Part shown: positions 27,581 to 38,010 of the stretch, piece by piece | How positions within the stretch are numbered: the first letter of the stretch is position 1 | Layout of the letters: each line of letters opens with the position of its first letter | DNA from: Bacilli bacterium | Lineage (GTDB): Bacteria > Bacillota_I > Bacilli_A > RF39 > UBA660 | DNA length: 64,000 bases | Direction: 5' to 3' | NCBI GenBank assembly: GCA_017398945.1 | Contig: JAFQES010000008.1 | Span: 15,565-79,564, forward strand | Made by a program: the position numbers and the translations under genes | The notes under the pieces: model-generated | What the model was told of the DNA's origin: nothing | The model's database searches: none | Seen by the model: the letters and a program-made list of their open reading frames with translations, nothing else

Positions 27581-28336
27581 ATGAGACTTATAGCTGCATT
27601 ACTTATTTCAACAATAGCTGGTTTTGCTACCTTAATTGGAGGATTACTATCCTATTTAAAAATATCAAAAGAGAATATTAATAAATTTATAACTTTTTGT
27701 TTAAGTTTTTCATTAGCAATTATGTTAAGTCTAAGTGTTTTTGAACTAATACCTGAAACTTTTATTACTTTAATTAAAAGTTATAAGTTAGATTTAACAT
27801 TATTAATTATAGGAATAGTATTCTTACTAGGAGTAGGGCTGATCTTGATATTGAATAAAATTATCAGTAAATTATCATCAAATACTAATAATTTATATAA
27901 ACTAGGTATTTTAAATATGATTGCTTTAATGGCTCATAATCTTCCCGAAGGAATTGCAACTTTTATGTCATCTTATAATGATATAAGTCTTGGAATTAAA
28001 ATAGCAATAGCCATAATGCTTCATAATATACCTGAAGGTATAAGTATAGCCATACCAATATATTATGCTACCAAAAGCCGTAAAAAAGCTTTAAAAATGA
28101 CTGCTATTTCTAGTTTAGTAGAACCACTTGGAGCAATTTTATGTTACATGTTTTTAAAAGATTATATTAATGATACTTCAATAGGGATAATTTTAACATT
28201 AGTAGCGGGAATAATGATAACACTAGCCATTCACGAACTATTACCTGAAGCAAAAAAATATAATGAAGAAAAAATTTTGTCGTTAGGAATTATTACTGGA
28301 GTTATAATTATGATAATAAATATATTTATATTATAA
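27581..28336 (+). CDS. zupT: ZIP-family zinc transporter
   Basis: 8-TM protein with the paired motifs AHNLPEGIATF and LHNIPEGISIA, and HELLPEA. Confidence 0.88.
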   Translation: MRLIAALLISTIAGFATLIGGLLSYLKISKENINKFITFCLSFSLAIMLSLSVFELIPETFITLIKSYKLDLTLLIIGIVFLLGVGLILILNKIISKLSSNTNNLYKLGILNMIALMAHNLPEGIATFMSSYNDISLGIKIAIAIMLHNIPEGISIAIPIYYATKSRKKALKMTAISSLVEPLGAILCYMFLKDYINDTSIGIILTLVAGIMITLAIHELLPEAKKYNEEKILSLGIITGVIIMIINIFIL

Positions 28337-28350
28337 GAGGGGAGTAGTTT

Positions 28351-28956
28351 ATGAAAAAAAGAGTAGGGGTAATACTACGAACAGAAAAAATAAATGACGT
28401 ATTAAAACATTATGTCAGAAATAGTATGTTAGAAAAGCTTACTAAATATGATATAGAAATAATTTGTATTCCAATAATTAATAATTTAGAAAATATTTAT
28501 AGTATAATTGATACCTGTGATGGAATTATTTTCCCTGGCGGAGACGATGTAGTAGCTAAAGATCTTGAAATATTAAATTATGTATATAAAAATAACACCC
28601 CTACTTTAGGTATTTGTTTAGGAATGCAAGAAATGGCTATTTTTAAAAATGGTATGATGATTGATTTAAATGACGATAAGCATAATATGAAAGATAATGA
28701 GACTCATGAAGTAATAATTGATATATCATCTAAATTATATGAAATAATTGGTAAAGAAAAGATTACAGTTAATTCAAGACATCATAGTATTATTTCTAAA
28801 ACAGATTTAAATATTAGCGCACATTCAACTGATAATATTATTGAAGCTGTAGAAGATCCATCTAAAGATTTTTTTGTTGGCGTTCAATGGCATCCTGAAG
28901 ATTTAGAAGTAGAAGAGACATATTTACTATTAAATTATTTTATAAATTGCTTATGA
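28351..28956 (+). CDS. Class I glutamine amidotransferase / peptidase C26 (gamma-glutamyl hydrolase, PuuD-like)
   Basis: IIFPGGDD, nucleophile elbow LGICLGMQEM, VGVQWHPE His/Glu motif. Confidence 0.8.
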   Translation: MKKRVGVILRTEKINDVLKHYVRNSMLEKLTKYDIEIICIPIINNLENIYSIIDTCDGIIFPGGDDVVAKDLEILNYVYKNNTPTLGICLGMQEMAIFKNGMMIDLNDDKHNMKDNETHEVIIDISSKLYEIIGKEKITVNSRHHSIISKTDLNISAHSTDNIIEAVEDPSKDFFVGVQWHPEDLEVEETYLLLNYFINCL

Positions 28957-29004
28957 ATTGAAAGTTTACATAATATATATTATGCGAAGTTCAATTTTAA
29001 TAAA

Positions 29005-29028
29005 AAGTGATGAATAACTTCATCACTT
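29005..29028. terminator. Bidirectional terminator between the convergent amidotransferase and HTH genes
   Basis: 10-bp stem aagtgatgaa (29005-29014) / ttcatcactt (29019-29028), 4-nt loop. Confidence 0.6.
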
Positions 29029-29032
29029 TAAT

Positions 29033-29815
29033 TTAAACTTTTCTAGATTGAATCTCCGCAATTTTTTCAAATACTTCAGCTGCATTAGATTCATTGATTT
29101 CTGTATAACCAAGTTCACGTAACGCTTGAACTTTTGTAGTATTTAATTGTTGCGTACGACTTAGTTTTTCTTCATTTTTTTGTTCGATCTCTTGAACAAA
29201 TCTCTTATGGCTTTCAGCTAATTTACTACGGCTAGCTCCCCCATTATTATATAAAGTTAGAGCAGAGTACAAGATTCCTTCAAAAATAAATTGTTTATCT
29301 TCATCAAATTTAAATTCATCTGGTGATATAAATCCAGTTGTTTTTGACATATATCCAAAGATATATTTTATTTCTGGAACATTATCTAAAGATTGTAACA
29401 TATGATATAAATATAATAGGGCAAAATAGTTTTCTTTTTTTCTAGAACTCTCCCCTTCTAAAAGCTTTTCTTTAAGTAGGTAAGTTATATCTGCAATTAA
29501 GTTTTGTTCCTCTTTATTAAGACCATTTAAATCAAAATAGCTATCAAAATCAGAAGCTGATTTAACACCTTGATTTAATCTGCTTTCTACAGCCATTAAA
29601 TATTCAGTTGTAACTTTAATAGAGTTAATACTCCCCTCTTCTCCGTCTTCAATATCAAGTAATTTTAAAAGAAGTATTTTCTTTTCTTTTGGCCATTTAT
29701 TTAAATCTTCTAACTCTAAATAGTTATAAACCATTTGACGAGAAACGCCTAAATATTTAGCAAGTCTTACTTTAGAAACCCCTAATTCTTGTAATAAACT
29801 ATTTATTTTTTTCAT
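29033..29815 (-). CDS. XRE-type helix-turn-helix protein with a large helical C-terminal domain
   Basis: N-terminal HTH LQELGVSKVRLAKYLGVSRQMVYNYLE. The remaining roughly 220 aa are unrecognised. Confidence 0.7.
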   Translation of the reverse strand: MKKINSLLQELGVSKVRLAKYLGVSRQMVYNYLELEDLNKWPKEKKILLLKLLDIEDGEEGSINSIKVTTEYLMAVESRLNQGVKSASDFDSYFDLNGLNKEEQNLIADITYLLKEKLLEGESSRKKENYFALLYLYHMLQSLDNVPEIKYIFGYMSKTTGFISPDEFKFDEDKQFIFEGILYSALTLYNNGGASRSKLAESHKRFVQEIEQKNEEKLSRTQQLNTTKVQALRELGYTEINESNAAEVFEKIAEIQSRKV

Positions 29816-29891
29816 TATAATACCCACTTTCAAAAAACAAAACAATATTTACATTAATTATAATAAACTTAACACTTATTTGTCAATTGTT

Positions 29892-31016
29892 TTATGGTAA
29901 ATACCACAAGTCATTATTATTCTTCATAACTTTCTTTATAAAGCCACAACCTAAACAATAATCTCCGCTATATAATACACAAGCTTGCCCAGGTGTAACA
30001 GATTTAACTTTTTCGGGATATGATACTAATATTTCCGAATCATTTAAATGTTTTAAACTTACAGGATAATCTTCGCCACGATAACGAAATTTTGCTGTAC
30101 AATTCTCCGGTAATTTATCAGTTAAAAGATTTATGTTATCAATAATACAGGAATCGCTATATAGATATTCTTCATCATTATCTTTAGCAAAAGCCACATA
30201 TAAAATATTTTTTGCCACATCCTTACCACAAACATAATGGCGATTTTCATTACCGCTTATACCAACACCACGTCTTTGACCAATTGTATAATTCATTAAA
30301 CCGGTATGGCACCCAATAACTTCTTTCGTACTAACATCAATTATGTCTCCTGGATTAGGTTTTAAATAACTACTTATAAATTTTTGATAATTACGTTCTC
30401 CAATAAAACATATTCCTGTTGAATCTTTTTTACTAGCTACAGGAATTTCATTATCTAAAGCTATTTGTCTAATTTCACTTTTTAAATAGTCTCCAACAGG
30501 AAATAATACATCTTTAAATTGACTTACAGGAACATCAGCTAAGAAATAACTTTGATCTTTTGATAAGTCTTTAGCTCGCATTAATTTTCCATCACAAATT
30601 TTAGCATAATGACCTGTGGCAATTTTATCAGCCCCCAGTCTTTTAGCTTCTTTAATAAATAAATCAAATTTAATAAACTTATTGCATAGTAAATCAGGAT
30701 TTGGAGTACGTCCTTTTTTTAATTCTTCTAAAAAATAAGTAAAAACATAATCCCAATATTCTTTTATAAAATCAACTCTTTTTAAAGGTATATTTAAAGT
30801 ATTACAAACAGCTAAAGCATCATTATAATCTTTTTCTTGAGGACATATATTTTCCTCCTGAATTTTCATTCCTTCACCATCATTATTTAGAGTAGAATCC
30901 CAATTACGCATAAATAAACCGATTACATCGTAACCTTGTTTTTTTAGTAAATAAGCAGCAACTGCACTATCTACTCCCCCACTCATTCCTATAACTACTT
31001 TTTCCATAGACATCAC
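29892..31016 (-). CDS. mnmA: tRNA-specific 2-thiouridylase
   Basis: PP-loop VIGMSGGVDSAVAAYLL, GRTPNPDLLCN..IKF, ATGHYA, KDQSYFL, KKDSTGICFIGE. The start may be M4. Confidence 0.93.
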   Translation of the reverse strand: MMSMEKVVIGMSGGVDSAVAAYLLKKQGYDVIGLFMRNWDSTLNNDGEGMKIQEENICPQEKDYNDALAVCNTLNIPLKRVDFIKEYWDYVFTYFLEELKKGRTPNPDLLCNKFIKFDLFIKEAKRLGADKIATGHYAKICDGKLMRAKDLSKDQSYFLADVPVSQFKDVLFPVGDYLKSEIRQIALDNEIPVASKKDSTGICFIGERNYQKFISSYLKPNPGDIIDVSTKEVIGCHTGLMNYTIGQRRGVGISGNENRHYVCGKDVAKNILYVAFAKDNDEEYLYSDSCIIDNINLLTDKLPENCTAKFRYRGEDYPVSLKHLNDSEILVSYPEKVKSVTPGQACVLYSGDYCLGCGFIKKVMKNNNDLWYLP

Positions 31017-31037
31017 GTCAAATATTATAGCATAAGT

Positions 31038-31613
31038 TTAAAGAATTAGAAAAGAAAAATAACAACATAATCTATTGAGTATAGGCACTAACAAGATTTC
31101 ATTTAAAGTTGCTAAAAGCATGAAAGCGATATTACACTTAAAAATAGCGTACATTTTTAAATAATAATCTTGCATTTTATGTTTCTTTAATATATTTTTA
31201 AAAATCTTAAATGATATTATAGTCATCCCTAAAAGCAAAGCCAAAAATATTAGTTTTGCACTAATTGTGTAAATTATCACATACACTAAACCTTTTAGTG
31301 TTTTTTTACCAAAAAACAAAGAAAACATCATACCAGCCGAAAAACCTTCATAAAACAACGCAAAAACACTAAAAAAGGGCCCAATTAAGATATAACTGAA
31401 AATGGGAACAAATGAAATAATACTAAGATGATACCAATTAGCATTTAAAACTTTTTTTCTGTCTATTAAGTCAAAAAAACAATCAAAAATATTATTCTTG
31501 AGTGAGTTATCCAGCCTATAATTGTAATATAAGCCAGCAAAAAAACCTATAGCAACTATGAATAATAAGAAGAACAATAAAAATTTATATTTTTGATAGC
31601 TTGTCCTAATCAT
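31038..31613 (-). CDS. Polytopic membrane protein, possibly SpoIIM-like
   Basis: 191 aa with about 5 TM segments. The family call rests on size and topology only. Confidence 0.35.
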   Translation of the reverse strand: MIRTSYQKYKFLLFFLLFIVAIGFFAGLYYNYRLDNSLKNNIFDCFFDLIDRKKVLNANWYHLSIISFVPIFSYILIGPFFSVFALFYEGFSAGMMFSLFFGKKTLKGLVYVIIYTISAKLIFLALLLGMTIISFKIFKNILKKHKMQDYYLKMYAIFKCNIAFMLLATLNEILLVPILNRLCCYFSFLIL

Positions 31614-31681
31614 ATTAATATCACCAATAAATCATATTGCAAAACATTTAAAATTATGCTAAATTAAATATGGTGATTGTA

Positions 31682-31774
31682 ATGAAAAAGAAAACGAAAA
31701 AAATTCTTGCTTGGGTAATGCTAATCATAATGTTATTTAGTGTCGCAGCTACTTTTTTAGCTTACATTATATAA
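31682..31774 (+). CDS. Candidate 30-aa single-TM peptide, convergent with the prepilin peptidase gene
   Basis: MKKKTKKILAWVMLIIMLFSVAATFLAYII. GGTGA SD 5 nt upstream. Possible promoter TTGCAA-17-TAAATT. Below the ORF-track cutoff. Overlaps the peptidase 3' end by 13 nt. Confidence 0.35.
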   Translation: MKKKTKKILAWVMLIIMLFSVAATFLAYII

Positions 31775-32541
31775 ATAAATAAATAATTTAATAAATTTAC
31801 AAACTTAGGTAAAAAAACATATATTATAGCACAAGCGCTAATTATAAAAGGTCCAAAAGGGACTTCTTTTTTTTGGCCTAAAAACAGATTTAAAAAAGCA
31901 TACGGAAAAGCTAAGAAAGTCGATAAAATTAAAGCGCATAACCCCAATCTTAAGCCTAATATTAAACCAACTACAAAAGAAAGTTTAATATCTCCTCCCC
32001 CTAAAGATTCCCTTTTAAATGCAAAATCACCAATTTTTTTTATTAAAAGCATAAAAGTAAAAAGCATTAAACCACTCACAATGGCAATTATTAAAGTTTT
32101 AAAATCAAAAAAGAAAATTTTAAATACCATAACTAAAATACTAGTTACTAACAAAGGCGAATCTAGAATAATATAATATTTAAAATCGCTGATATAAATA
32201 TTTATACATAATGAAAACAATGTAATACAAACAACTAATTCATAACTAAAACTAGGCCCATATAAATAATATGCCAAACAAAATAACATTCCGGTACTAA
32301 ATTCAACCGCAAAATACTCAAAAGAAATTTTTTTCTTACAATAATGACATTTTCCCCCATTAAAAAGGTACGACAATAAAGGAATTAAATCATACCACTT
32401 TAATGCATGTTTACAATCCGAACAGTAAGAACCAGGTTTAATGATTGATTCGTTCATAGGGCCTCTAGTATTTAAAACATGAAAGAATGACCCAAAAACT
32501 GTTCCAAAAACGAACAAAAAGAAGTAAACAAAACCTTGCAT
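31762..32541 (-). CDS. Type IV prepilin peptidase (PilD/ComC family, A24 aspartic peptidase)
   Basis: N-terminal Zn-Cys pairs CSDCKHAL...CHYC. Catalytic Asp motifs ISDFKYYIILD and GGGDIKL. GGGAGG SD before M5 (32541). Confidence 0.85.
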   Translation of the reverse strand: MQGFVYFFLFVFGTVFGSFFHVLNTRGPMNESIIKPGSYCSDCKHALKWYDLIPLLSYLFNGGKCHYCKKKISFEYFAVEFSTGMLFCLAYYLYGPSFSYELVVCITLFSLCINIYISDFKYYIILDSPLLVTSILVMVFKIFFFDFKTLIIAIVSGLMLFTFMLLIKKIGDFAFKRESLGGGDIKLSFVVGLILGLRLGLCALILSTFLAFPYAFLNLFLGQKKEVPFGPFIISACAIIYVFLPKFVNLLNYLFIYIM

Positions 32542-32552
32542 GCAACCTCCCA

Positions 32553-34106
32553 TTAAATTGCACTATACATTTGGAACATTGGAACAATAACCGCCAACAA
32601 TATTCCTCCAACAATCAAAGCAAGACTAGAAATCATAATGGGTTCTATAAAGTTTTTTAAGTTTCCAACAATGTTACGATGCATATCTTGATAATATTCA
32701 CTTACTTTTTGCATCATTTCGGCAAGTTCTCCAGTTGATTCACCTGTAACAATCATATAATAAGCTACATCAGGTATTGCCCAATGATTATTAAAAGATT
32801 CTGATATTTTATTTCCTCTAACAATATTATCAATTGTATTCGCCATAATTTCTTTATATACTTCATTATTAGTAATCTTACTTAATATCTCCATGCTATT
32901 TGTAATAAATACATTGTTTTTTAACAAAGAAGCAAAAGTTTTAGTAAAAATTGTAATTTCGTTATAAATAATTATTTTGCCAACAATTGGAATACGCATT
33001 GTTATGTTTTGAAAAAACGCTCTAATTGGCTGAACATTTTTATATAAGACGGCCATAATTATAACAAAAAGAACTATACCTAAGATAATAAATAATCCAT
33101 TATTTATTAGAAACTCACTTAAATTAATTATAAAACGAGTTATACCAGGAATTTCAATATTTGATGATTCATAAATATCTACAAATTGAGGAATTACAAA
33201 GACAATTATAAAAACAACTACAGCTAATGCAAAAACAGTTATAATAGTTGGATAAGTCATTGCACTAACCATTTGTTTTTTAGTTTTATCTATTTCAGTA
33301 TAATAATTTGCCATATCATCTAAAGTTTCAATTAATGTTCCCGTTGCTTCTGCTGCCCTGACCATATTGATTAACAAAGAAGGAAACATCTTTCCTTGTT
33401 TTTCCATTGCTGTCGAAAAAGATTCTCCCACAGTTAATTCATATGACAAAGATTGTAAAGCTTTTAATTTATGACGATTTTTTCTACCCATTTGCTTTGA
33501 TAAAATTCTCACAGATTCCGCCAATGTTATACCAGCTTTTAGATAAGTAGATAATTGTGTTAACCAAAAAATTAAATCTTTAACAGACATTTTAGGTTGA
33601 AACATTGTACTGCCACCATACAAAAAGTTAACTGATTTAGAAGTTTTAATACTATAAACTTCATAACCTTCATTAACTAAAAAAGTATTAACTTCTGCCT
33701 TAGAAAAACCATTAATGGTATCTGTAATAATTTTTCCTTCTGGCGTTTTAGCTTTATAAACAAAAGTTACGGCTTCTTTGCTCCTTGTAGCATTTGGATC
33801 TTGCAACTCGTTTATAAGGATTTCTCTTTCTTTTTCTAATTTGGCCAAAGTACTTGAACTATATTTGTATGTTTTTCGGTTTGAATTCATTGGTTTATGA
33901 TTAATATTTGAATTATTTGTACCTGAAAAATTGCGATAAGTTTTATCTAAACGAAAACTTATTATGTCAAAAATATTTTTTGGCAACCGAAAAAAAACAT
34001 AAACAACTCCATTAATAAAATTCAAAAAAATAAAGTAAATATTTTGAAAAGGAAACAATAACCAATTAATCTTTATTTCTTCTTTTTTGATATTACTCTC
34101 AACCAT
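32553..34106 (-). CDS. GspF/PilC/ComGB-family type IV pilus platform protein with an N-terminal extension
   Basis: Two T2SSF-type repeats (LSTYLKAGITLAESV..., TFASLLKNNVFITNSM...), the PilC N-domain (FVYKAKTPEGKIITDTINGFSKAEVNTFLVNEGYEVYSI) and a GESTGEL motif. About 120 extra N-terminal residues include a TM segment. AAGGAG SD before ATG 34106. Confidence 0.8.
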   Translation of the reverse strand: MVESNIKKEEIKINWLLFPFQNIYFIFLNFINGVVYVFFRLPKNIFDIISFRLDKTYRNFSGTNNSNINHKPMNSNRKTYKYSSSTLAKLEKEREILINELQDPNATRSKEAVTFVYKAKTPEGKIITDTINGFSKAEVNTFLVNEGYEVYSIKTSKSVNFLYGGSTMFQPKMSVKDLIFWLTQLSTYLKAGITLAESVRILSKQMGRKNRHKLKALQSLSYELTVGESFSTAMEKQGKMFPSLLINMVRAAEATGTLIETLDDMANYYTEIDKTKKQMVSAMTYPTIITVFALAVVVFIIVFVIPQFVDIYESSNIEIPGITRFIINLSEFLINNGLFIILGIVLFVIIMAVLYKNVQPIRAFFQNITMRIPIVGKIIIYNEITIFTKTFASLLKNNVFITNSMEILSKITNNEVYKEIMANTIDNIVRGNKISESFNNHWAIPDVAYYMIVTGESTGELAEMMQKVSEYYQDMHRNIVGNLKNFIEPIMISSLALIVGGILLAVIVPMFQMYSAI

Positions 34107-34236
34107 AATCAACAACTCCTTATTATGAAACAAGTATAACATATATAATAATTTATTACCATTATTTTTTTCTTTTTTAACAATATTTTAATATTACAAA
34201 ATAATATCTAAGCATATAATAATATAGGTGATTCTA

Positions 34237-34512
34237 ATGTTTCCAAATATTTCATCTCAAGGTTTATCAATAACAAAGGTTTTAACAGGAATTTCTAAAA
34301 CATTAAATGTAGCTAATCAAATAATTCCTATTTACAATCAAGCTAAACCAATGATAAATAACGCTAAAAACATTCTCGCAGTTTTAAAAGATATTAATGT
34401 AAAGCCAAACAAAAACAATAATAGCTCTATCAAAAAGTCTCAACCAGTTAATAATACTCAAATAAAAAAAACGGACTTTCCTTTAACAAATGAACCCGTT
34501 TTCTTTACTTAA
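34237..34512 (+). CDS. VrrA/YqfQ-like small protein
   Basis: Pattern ITKVLTGISKTLNVANQIIPIYNQAKPMINNAKNI. Located next to trmK-sigA-dnaG, as yqfQ is near this operon in B. subtilis. AGGTGA SD. Confidence 0.45.
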   Translation: MFPNISSQGLSITKVLTGISKTLNVANQIIPIYNQAKPMINNAKNILAVLKDINVKPNKNNNSSIKKSQPVNNTQIKKTDFPLTNEPVFFT

Positions 34513-35142
34513 GTATTTATTTAAATAATATATTTGTTTTTGATATTTTAACCTTTTAAAGAGATGTTTCCTTGGAATAGACTTTAAAATATTCGTGTTA
34601 ATATTTATCCAGATTTTATATTCATCAACATTATCTTGATTATAAAGTCCGACTAGTTTTTCTTTTTTAGTTAATTTCCCTTCTTCTTTAGTAAAAACCA
34701 TAATAGAATACAATTTTTTATTTTCATAAATTAGTTTTTCTTTTCGCAAAGAATAATTTAATTTAATAAGATTTTCTCTAATCAAATCCCAATGATTGTT
34801 AGATTGAATTATTAATTTTTGGGCTTTACTATCCTTTTTTAATATATTAATTATTGTATGAGCGCCAAGTCCCGATAATACTATTGTATTGTATTCTTCA
34901 TGTATATTCTCTATTCCACTTGTACAATAAGTCTTTATTTTGTTATCTAAATTATATTTAGAAATGTTTTCTCTCGTTGATTTTATAACTAAAGGAGAAA
35001 TATCTGATGCTATAATCATTTTGTTCTTTTTATTTAGAGCTAAATATATATCAAGATAACCATGATCACATCCGACATCCACAATTTTATCTTTACAATC
35101 TATATAATTAGCAATAGCTAATAATCTTGACGATAACTTCAT
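34483..35142 (-). CDS. trmK: tRNA (adenine22-N1)-methyltransferase
   Basis: MKLS.RL..IA.YI.....I.DVGCDHGYL.IYL, ASD....P, GLG. Conserved position downstream of sigA. Confidence 0.85.
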   Translation of the reverse strand: MKLSSRLLAIANYIDCKDKIVDVGCDHGYLDIYLALNKKNKMIIASDISPLVIKSTRENISKYNLDNKIKTYCTSGIENIHEEYNTIVLSGLGAHTIINILKKDSKAQKLIIQSNNHWDLIRENLIKLNYSLRKEKLIYENKKLYSIMVFTKEEGKLTKKEKLVGLYNQDNVDEYKIWININTNILKSIPRKHLFKRLKYQKQIYYLNKYLSKENGFIC

Positions 35143-36227
35143 TATTCAGTTAAGAAGTCTTTTAATTTTTTGGCACGAGATGGATGTCTTAATTTTCTTA
35201 ATGCCTTAGCTTCAATTTGTCTAATACGTTCTCTAGTTACGTTAAATCTTTTTCCAACTTCTTCTAAAGTATGGCAAGTACCATCAACCAACCCAAATCT
35301 TAATTCGAGCACTTGTTGTTCACGTTCTTGCAAAGTCATTAAAACACTTTTTATTTCTTCTTTTAAAATTTCATTAGTAGCATATTCTTCAGGAGACATA
35401 CTACTTTCATCTTTTAAGAAATCTCCTAAATGTGAGTCATCCTCTTCTCCAATAGGAGTTTCTAATGAAACTGGTTCTTGACTAATTTTAATTACTTCAC
35501 GTACTTTTTCTACTCCAATACCCATTTTTTCGGCCAATTCTTCTTCAGATGGTTCCCTATTTAACTCTAAGGTAAGCTGTCTTTGAATACGTGACATTTT
35601 ATTAATAGTTTCAACCATATGAACCGGTACTCTTATTGTTCTTGCTTGATCAGCTAAGGCTCTTGTAATAGCTTGACGAATCCACCATGTCGCATAAGTA
35701 GAAAATTTAAAACCCTTATCATAATCAAACTTGTCTACCGCTTTCATAAGACCAATATTTCCTTCTTGAATTAAATCTAAAAATAATAAGCCACGTCCTA
35801 CATAACGTTTTGCAATCGAAACAACTAATCTAAGATTTGACTCTGCCAACTGTCTTTTGGCATCTTCATTACCATTAGATACTTCAACGCTTAACTTAAA
35901 TTCCTCATCTGGTGATAACAAACTGATTCTTCCAATTTCTTTTAAATACATTCTAACAGGATCATTAATATTCATATCCTTAGTAATTTCCGCATCATTT
36001 AAAATAATCGGTTCATCTTTTAAAGAGCCACCTTCAGCATCTTCGTCTTCAGTAACAATCTCGATGTTATTATCAACAAAAAAATTATATAACTCATCTA
36101 AATCATCTGGTTCAATTTCTAACCCTTTTAAAGATTCTGCTAATTGTTCATAGGTTATATGCCCTTCTTTTTTTCCCAGTTCTAACAATTCATTTTTTCT
36201 TTCTTCTAATGTTTTAATTTCTTTCAT
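35142..36227 (-). CDS. sigA: Primary RNA polymerase sigma factor
   Basis: [101 protein letters not shown]. Confidence 0.95.
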   Translation of the reverse strand: MKEIKTLEERKNELLELGKKEGHITYEQLAESLKGLEIEPDDLDELYNFFVDNNIEIVTEDEDAEGGSLKDEPIILNDAEITKDMNINDPVRMYLKEIGRISLLSPDEEFKLSVEVSNGNEDAKRQLAESNLRLVVSIAKRYVGRGLLFLDLIQEGNIGLMKAVDKFDYDKGFKFSTYATWWIRQAITRALADQARTIRVPVHMVETINKMSRIQRQLTLELNREPSEEELAEKMGIGVEKVREVIKISQEPVSLETPIGEEDDSHLGDFLKDESSMSPEEYATNEILKEEIKSVLMTLQEREQQVLELRFGLVDGTCHTLEEVGKRFNVTRERIRQIEAKALRKLRHPSRAKKLKDFLTE

Positions 36228-36229
36228 AA

Positions 36230-37957
36230 TTACACTTCTTTCTTCAATTTTATTATTTCATTTGCGATAGATATTTTTTTATTGACATCCAATGTGGTTT
36301 TTAATTCATTTTTCAATTTCCTTATTTTATCTTCGTTATTTATTTTTGTCAAATTAATAATATACTGCTCAAAATTATCATTTTCAATATCTTCCTCGAT
36401 ATCACTAATTATTTTTAGAAATAGCTCATTTAAAGAATTAGTACTCATATAAGAAATAAACTCTGCCATACTTATTGTTTTATTCTTTTTATAATAATAT
36501 ATTATTTCATTTATAAGATTTCTATATTTTTGATCATTTATAAAAAGATTGCTTTTTTCAAATTTAATTATATAAGCTGGATCGCTAATTAAATAGAATA
36601 TAATTCTTTGAATGATCTTTTGATATTTTGAGGTTTTGACCTTGTCTTGCATAATAGGTTCTTGATTAACTTTATCTTTTTTTAAATCATTTAAATGTTC
36701 TTTTAATAGTTCAATTGGGATATCGTATTGTTCACTTAATTTTTTTAAAGTAATTTCTCGAGTTAATTTGTCTTTAATGTTTTCAACACTACTTAATATT
36801 TGTTTAATGTAAGTAATTAAATCATATGTATTATTTAGATCTTTGTTTTGGCGATAATAAAATAATTTAAATTCTAAAAAACTAATTGAAGACGAAATTA
36901 AACTTTCAATTTTTTCTGTTCCCATCTTTATTATGTACTCATCCGGGTCTTTATAGTCACTTAAACGAACTACAAAACATTCAATATTATCATTTTCTAA
37001 AGCTTGTCCAATCGATAATGTTGCCAGTTCTCCTGCTTCATCATTATCTAACATTAAAATTACTTTAGCCCTTAGCTTCTTTATTATCTGTCTTTGCTCT
37101 TTAGTTAGTGAAGTCCCCATTAAGGCAATCGTATTTTTTATCCCCGAGGCATACATTCTAATAGCATCCATATTGCCTTCAACTATAACTACTTCTCTTT
37201 TTTGTTTTATAAATTCTAATGCTCGATGATAATTATATAATATTTGGCCTTTTTTAAAAATTTTTGATTCACGCGAATTAAAATATTTGCTCGTCTTTTC
37301 ACAACCATATATTCTTCCCGTAAACGCAATTGGATGACCTTCTAAATTATGAATAGGAAAAATAATTCGATTACAAAACGAATCATATATTCGTGCTCCA
37401 TCAACATTTATAAGGCCTACTTCTTTCAAAGTATTTTGATCAAAACCTTTCTTTAACAACAAAGTTGCTAAATTATCTTTAACAAATGGTGATAACCCAA
37501 TATCAAAAGTTTTTATAACGTCATCAGATAGTCCACGCTCATTTAAATATTTTCGAGCTTTCTCCCCATCCTTCGTTTTTAAGTAGTTTTGATAAAATTT
37601 TAAAGCCAAGTCCATAGCTTCCAATTCTTTAGTGTTTTTGGCTGTTTTGGTATTAGGAGTAATTATTTTAATATTATAACCAATCTTTTGCGCTACAATT
37701 TTAACACTTTCCAAAAAAGATACATTCTCATAATCCTTAACAAACGAAAAAACATTTCCTGCTGCTCCACATGAAAAACATTTGTAAATTTGCTTATCCG
37801 TTGATACACTCATACTTGGCGAATGATCCTCGTGAAAAGGACAGACCCCAAAATAATTTTTCCCTTTTAAAGTTAAAGGTATATAACTGGAAATAATATC
37901 TACAATATTTGCACTAGATCTTATAGATTCAATCTCTTTATCCGACAATATCGCCAT
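36230..37957 (-). CDS. dnaG: DNA primase
   Basis: Zinc ribbon [13 protein letters not shown]....[14 protein letters not shown] and a TOPRIM domain ([17 protein letters not shown]). Confidence 0.93.
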   Translation of the reverse strand: MAILSDKEIESIRSSANIVDIISSYIPLTLKGKNYFGVCPFHEDHSPSMSVSTDKQIYKCFSCGAAGNVFSFVKDYENVSFLESVKIVAQKIGYNIKIITPNTKTAKNTKELEAMDLALKFYQNYLKTKDGEKARKYLNERGLSDDVIKTFDIGLSPFVKDNLATLLLKKGFDQNTLKEVGLINVDGARIYDSFCNRIIFPIHNLEGHPIAFTGRIYGCEKTSKYFNSRESKIFKKGQILYNYHRALEFIKQKREVVIVEGNMDAIRMYASGIKNTIALMGTSLTKEQRQIIKKLRAKVILMLDNDEAGELATLSIGQALENDNIECFVVRLSDYKDPDEYIIKMGTEKIESLISSSISFLEFKLFYYRQNKDLNNTYDLITYIKQILSSVENIKDKLTREITLKKLSEQYDIPIELLKEHLNDLKKDKVNQEPIMQDKVKTSKYQKIIQRIIFYLISDPAYIIKFEKSNLFINDQKYRNLINEIIYYYKKNKTISMAEFISYMSTNSLNELFLKIISDIEEDIENDNFEQYIINLTKINNEDKIRKLKNELKTTLDVNKKISIANEIIKLKKEV

Positions 37958-38010
37958 AAAATCGCCCTCTAATAATATTTATTGCCAAAAAAAACGGATT
38001 TTCCTTTTTT

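Noticed and set aside
35170-36153. Track ORFs 35170..35481 (+) and 35857..36153 (+), antisense to sigA
   Set aside because: These are Ser/Leu-rich antisense translations inside a highly conserved essential gene, and they have no RBS.
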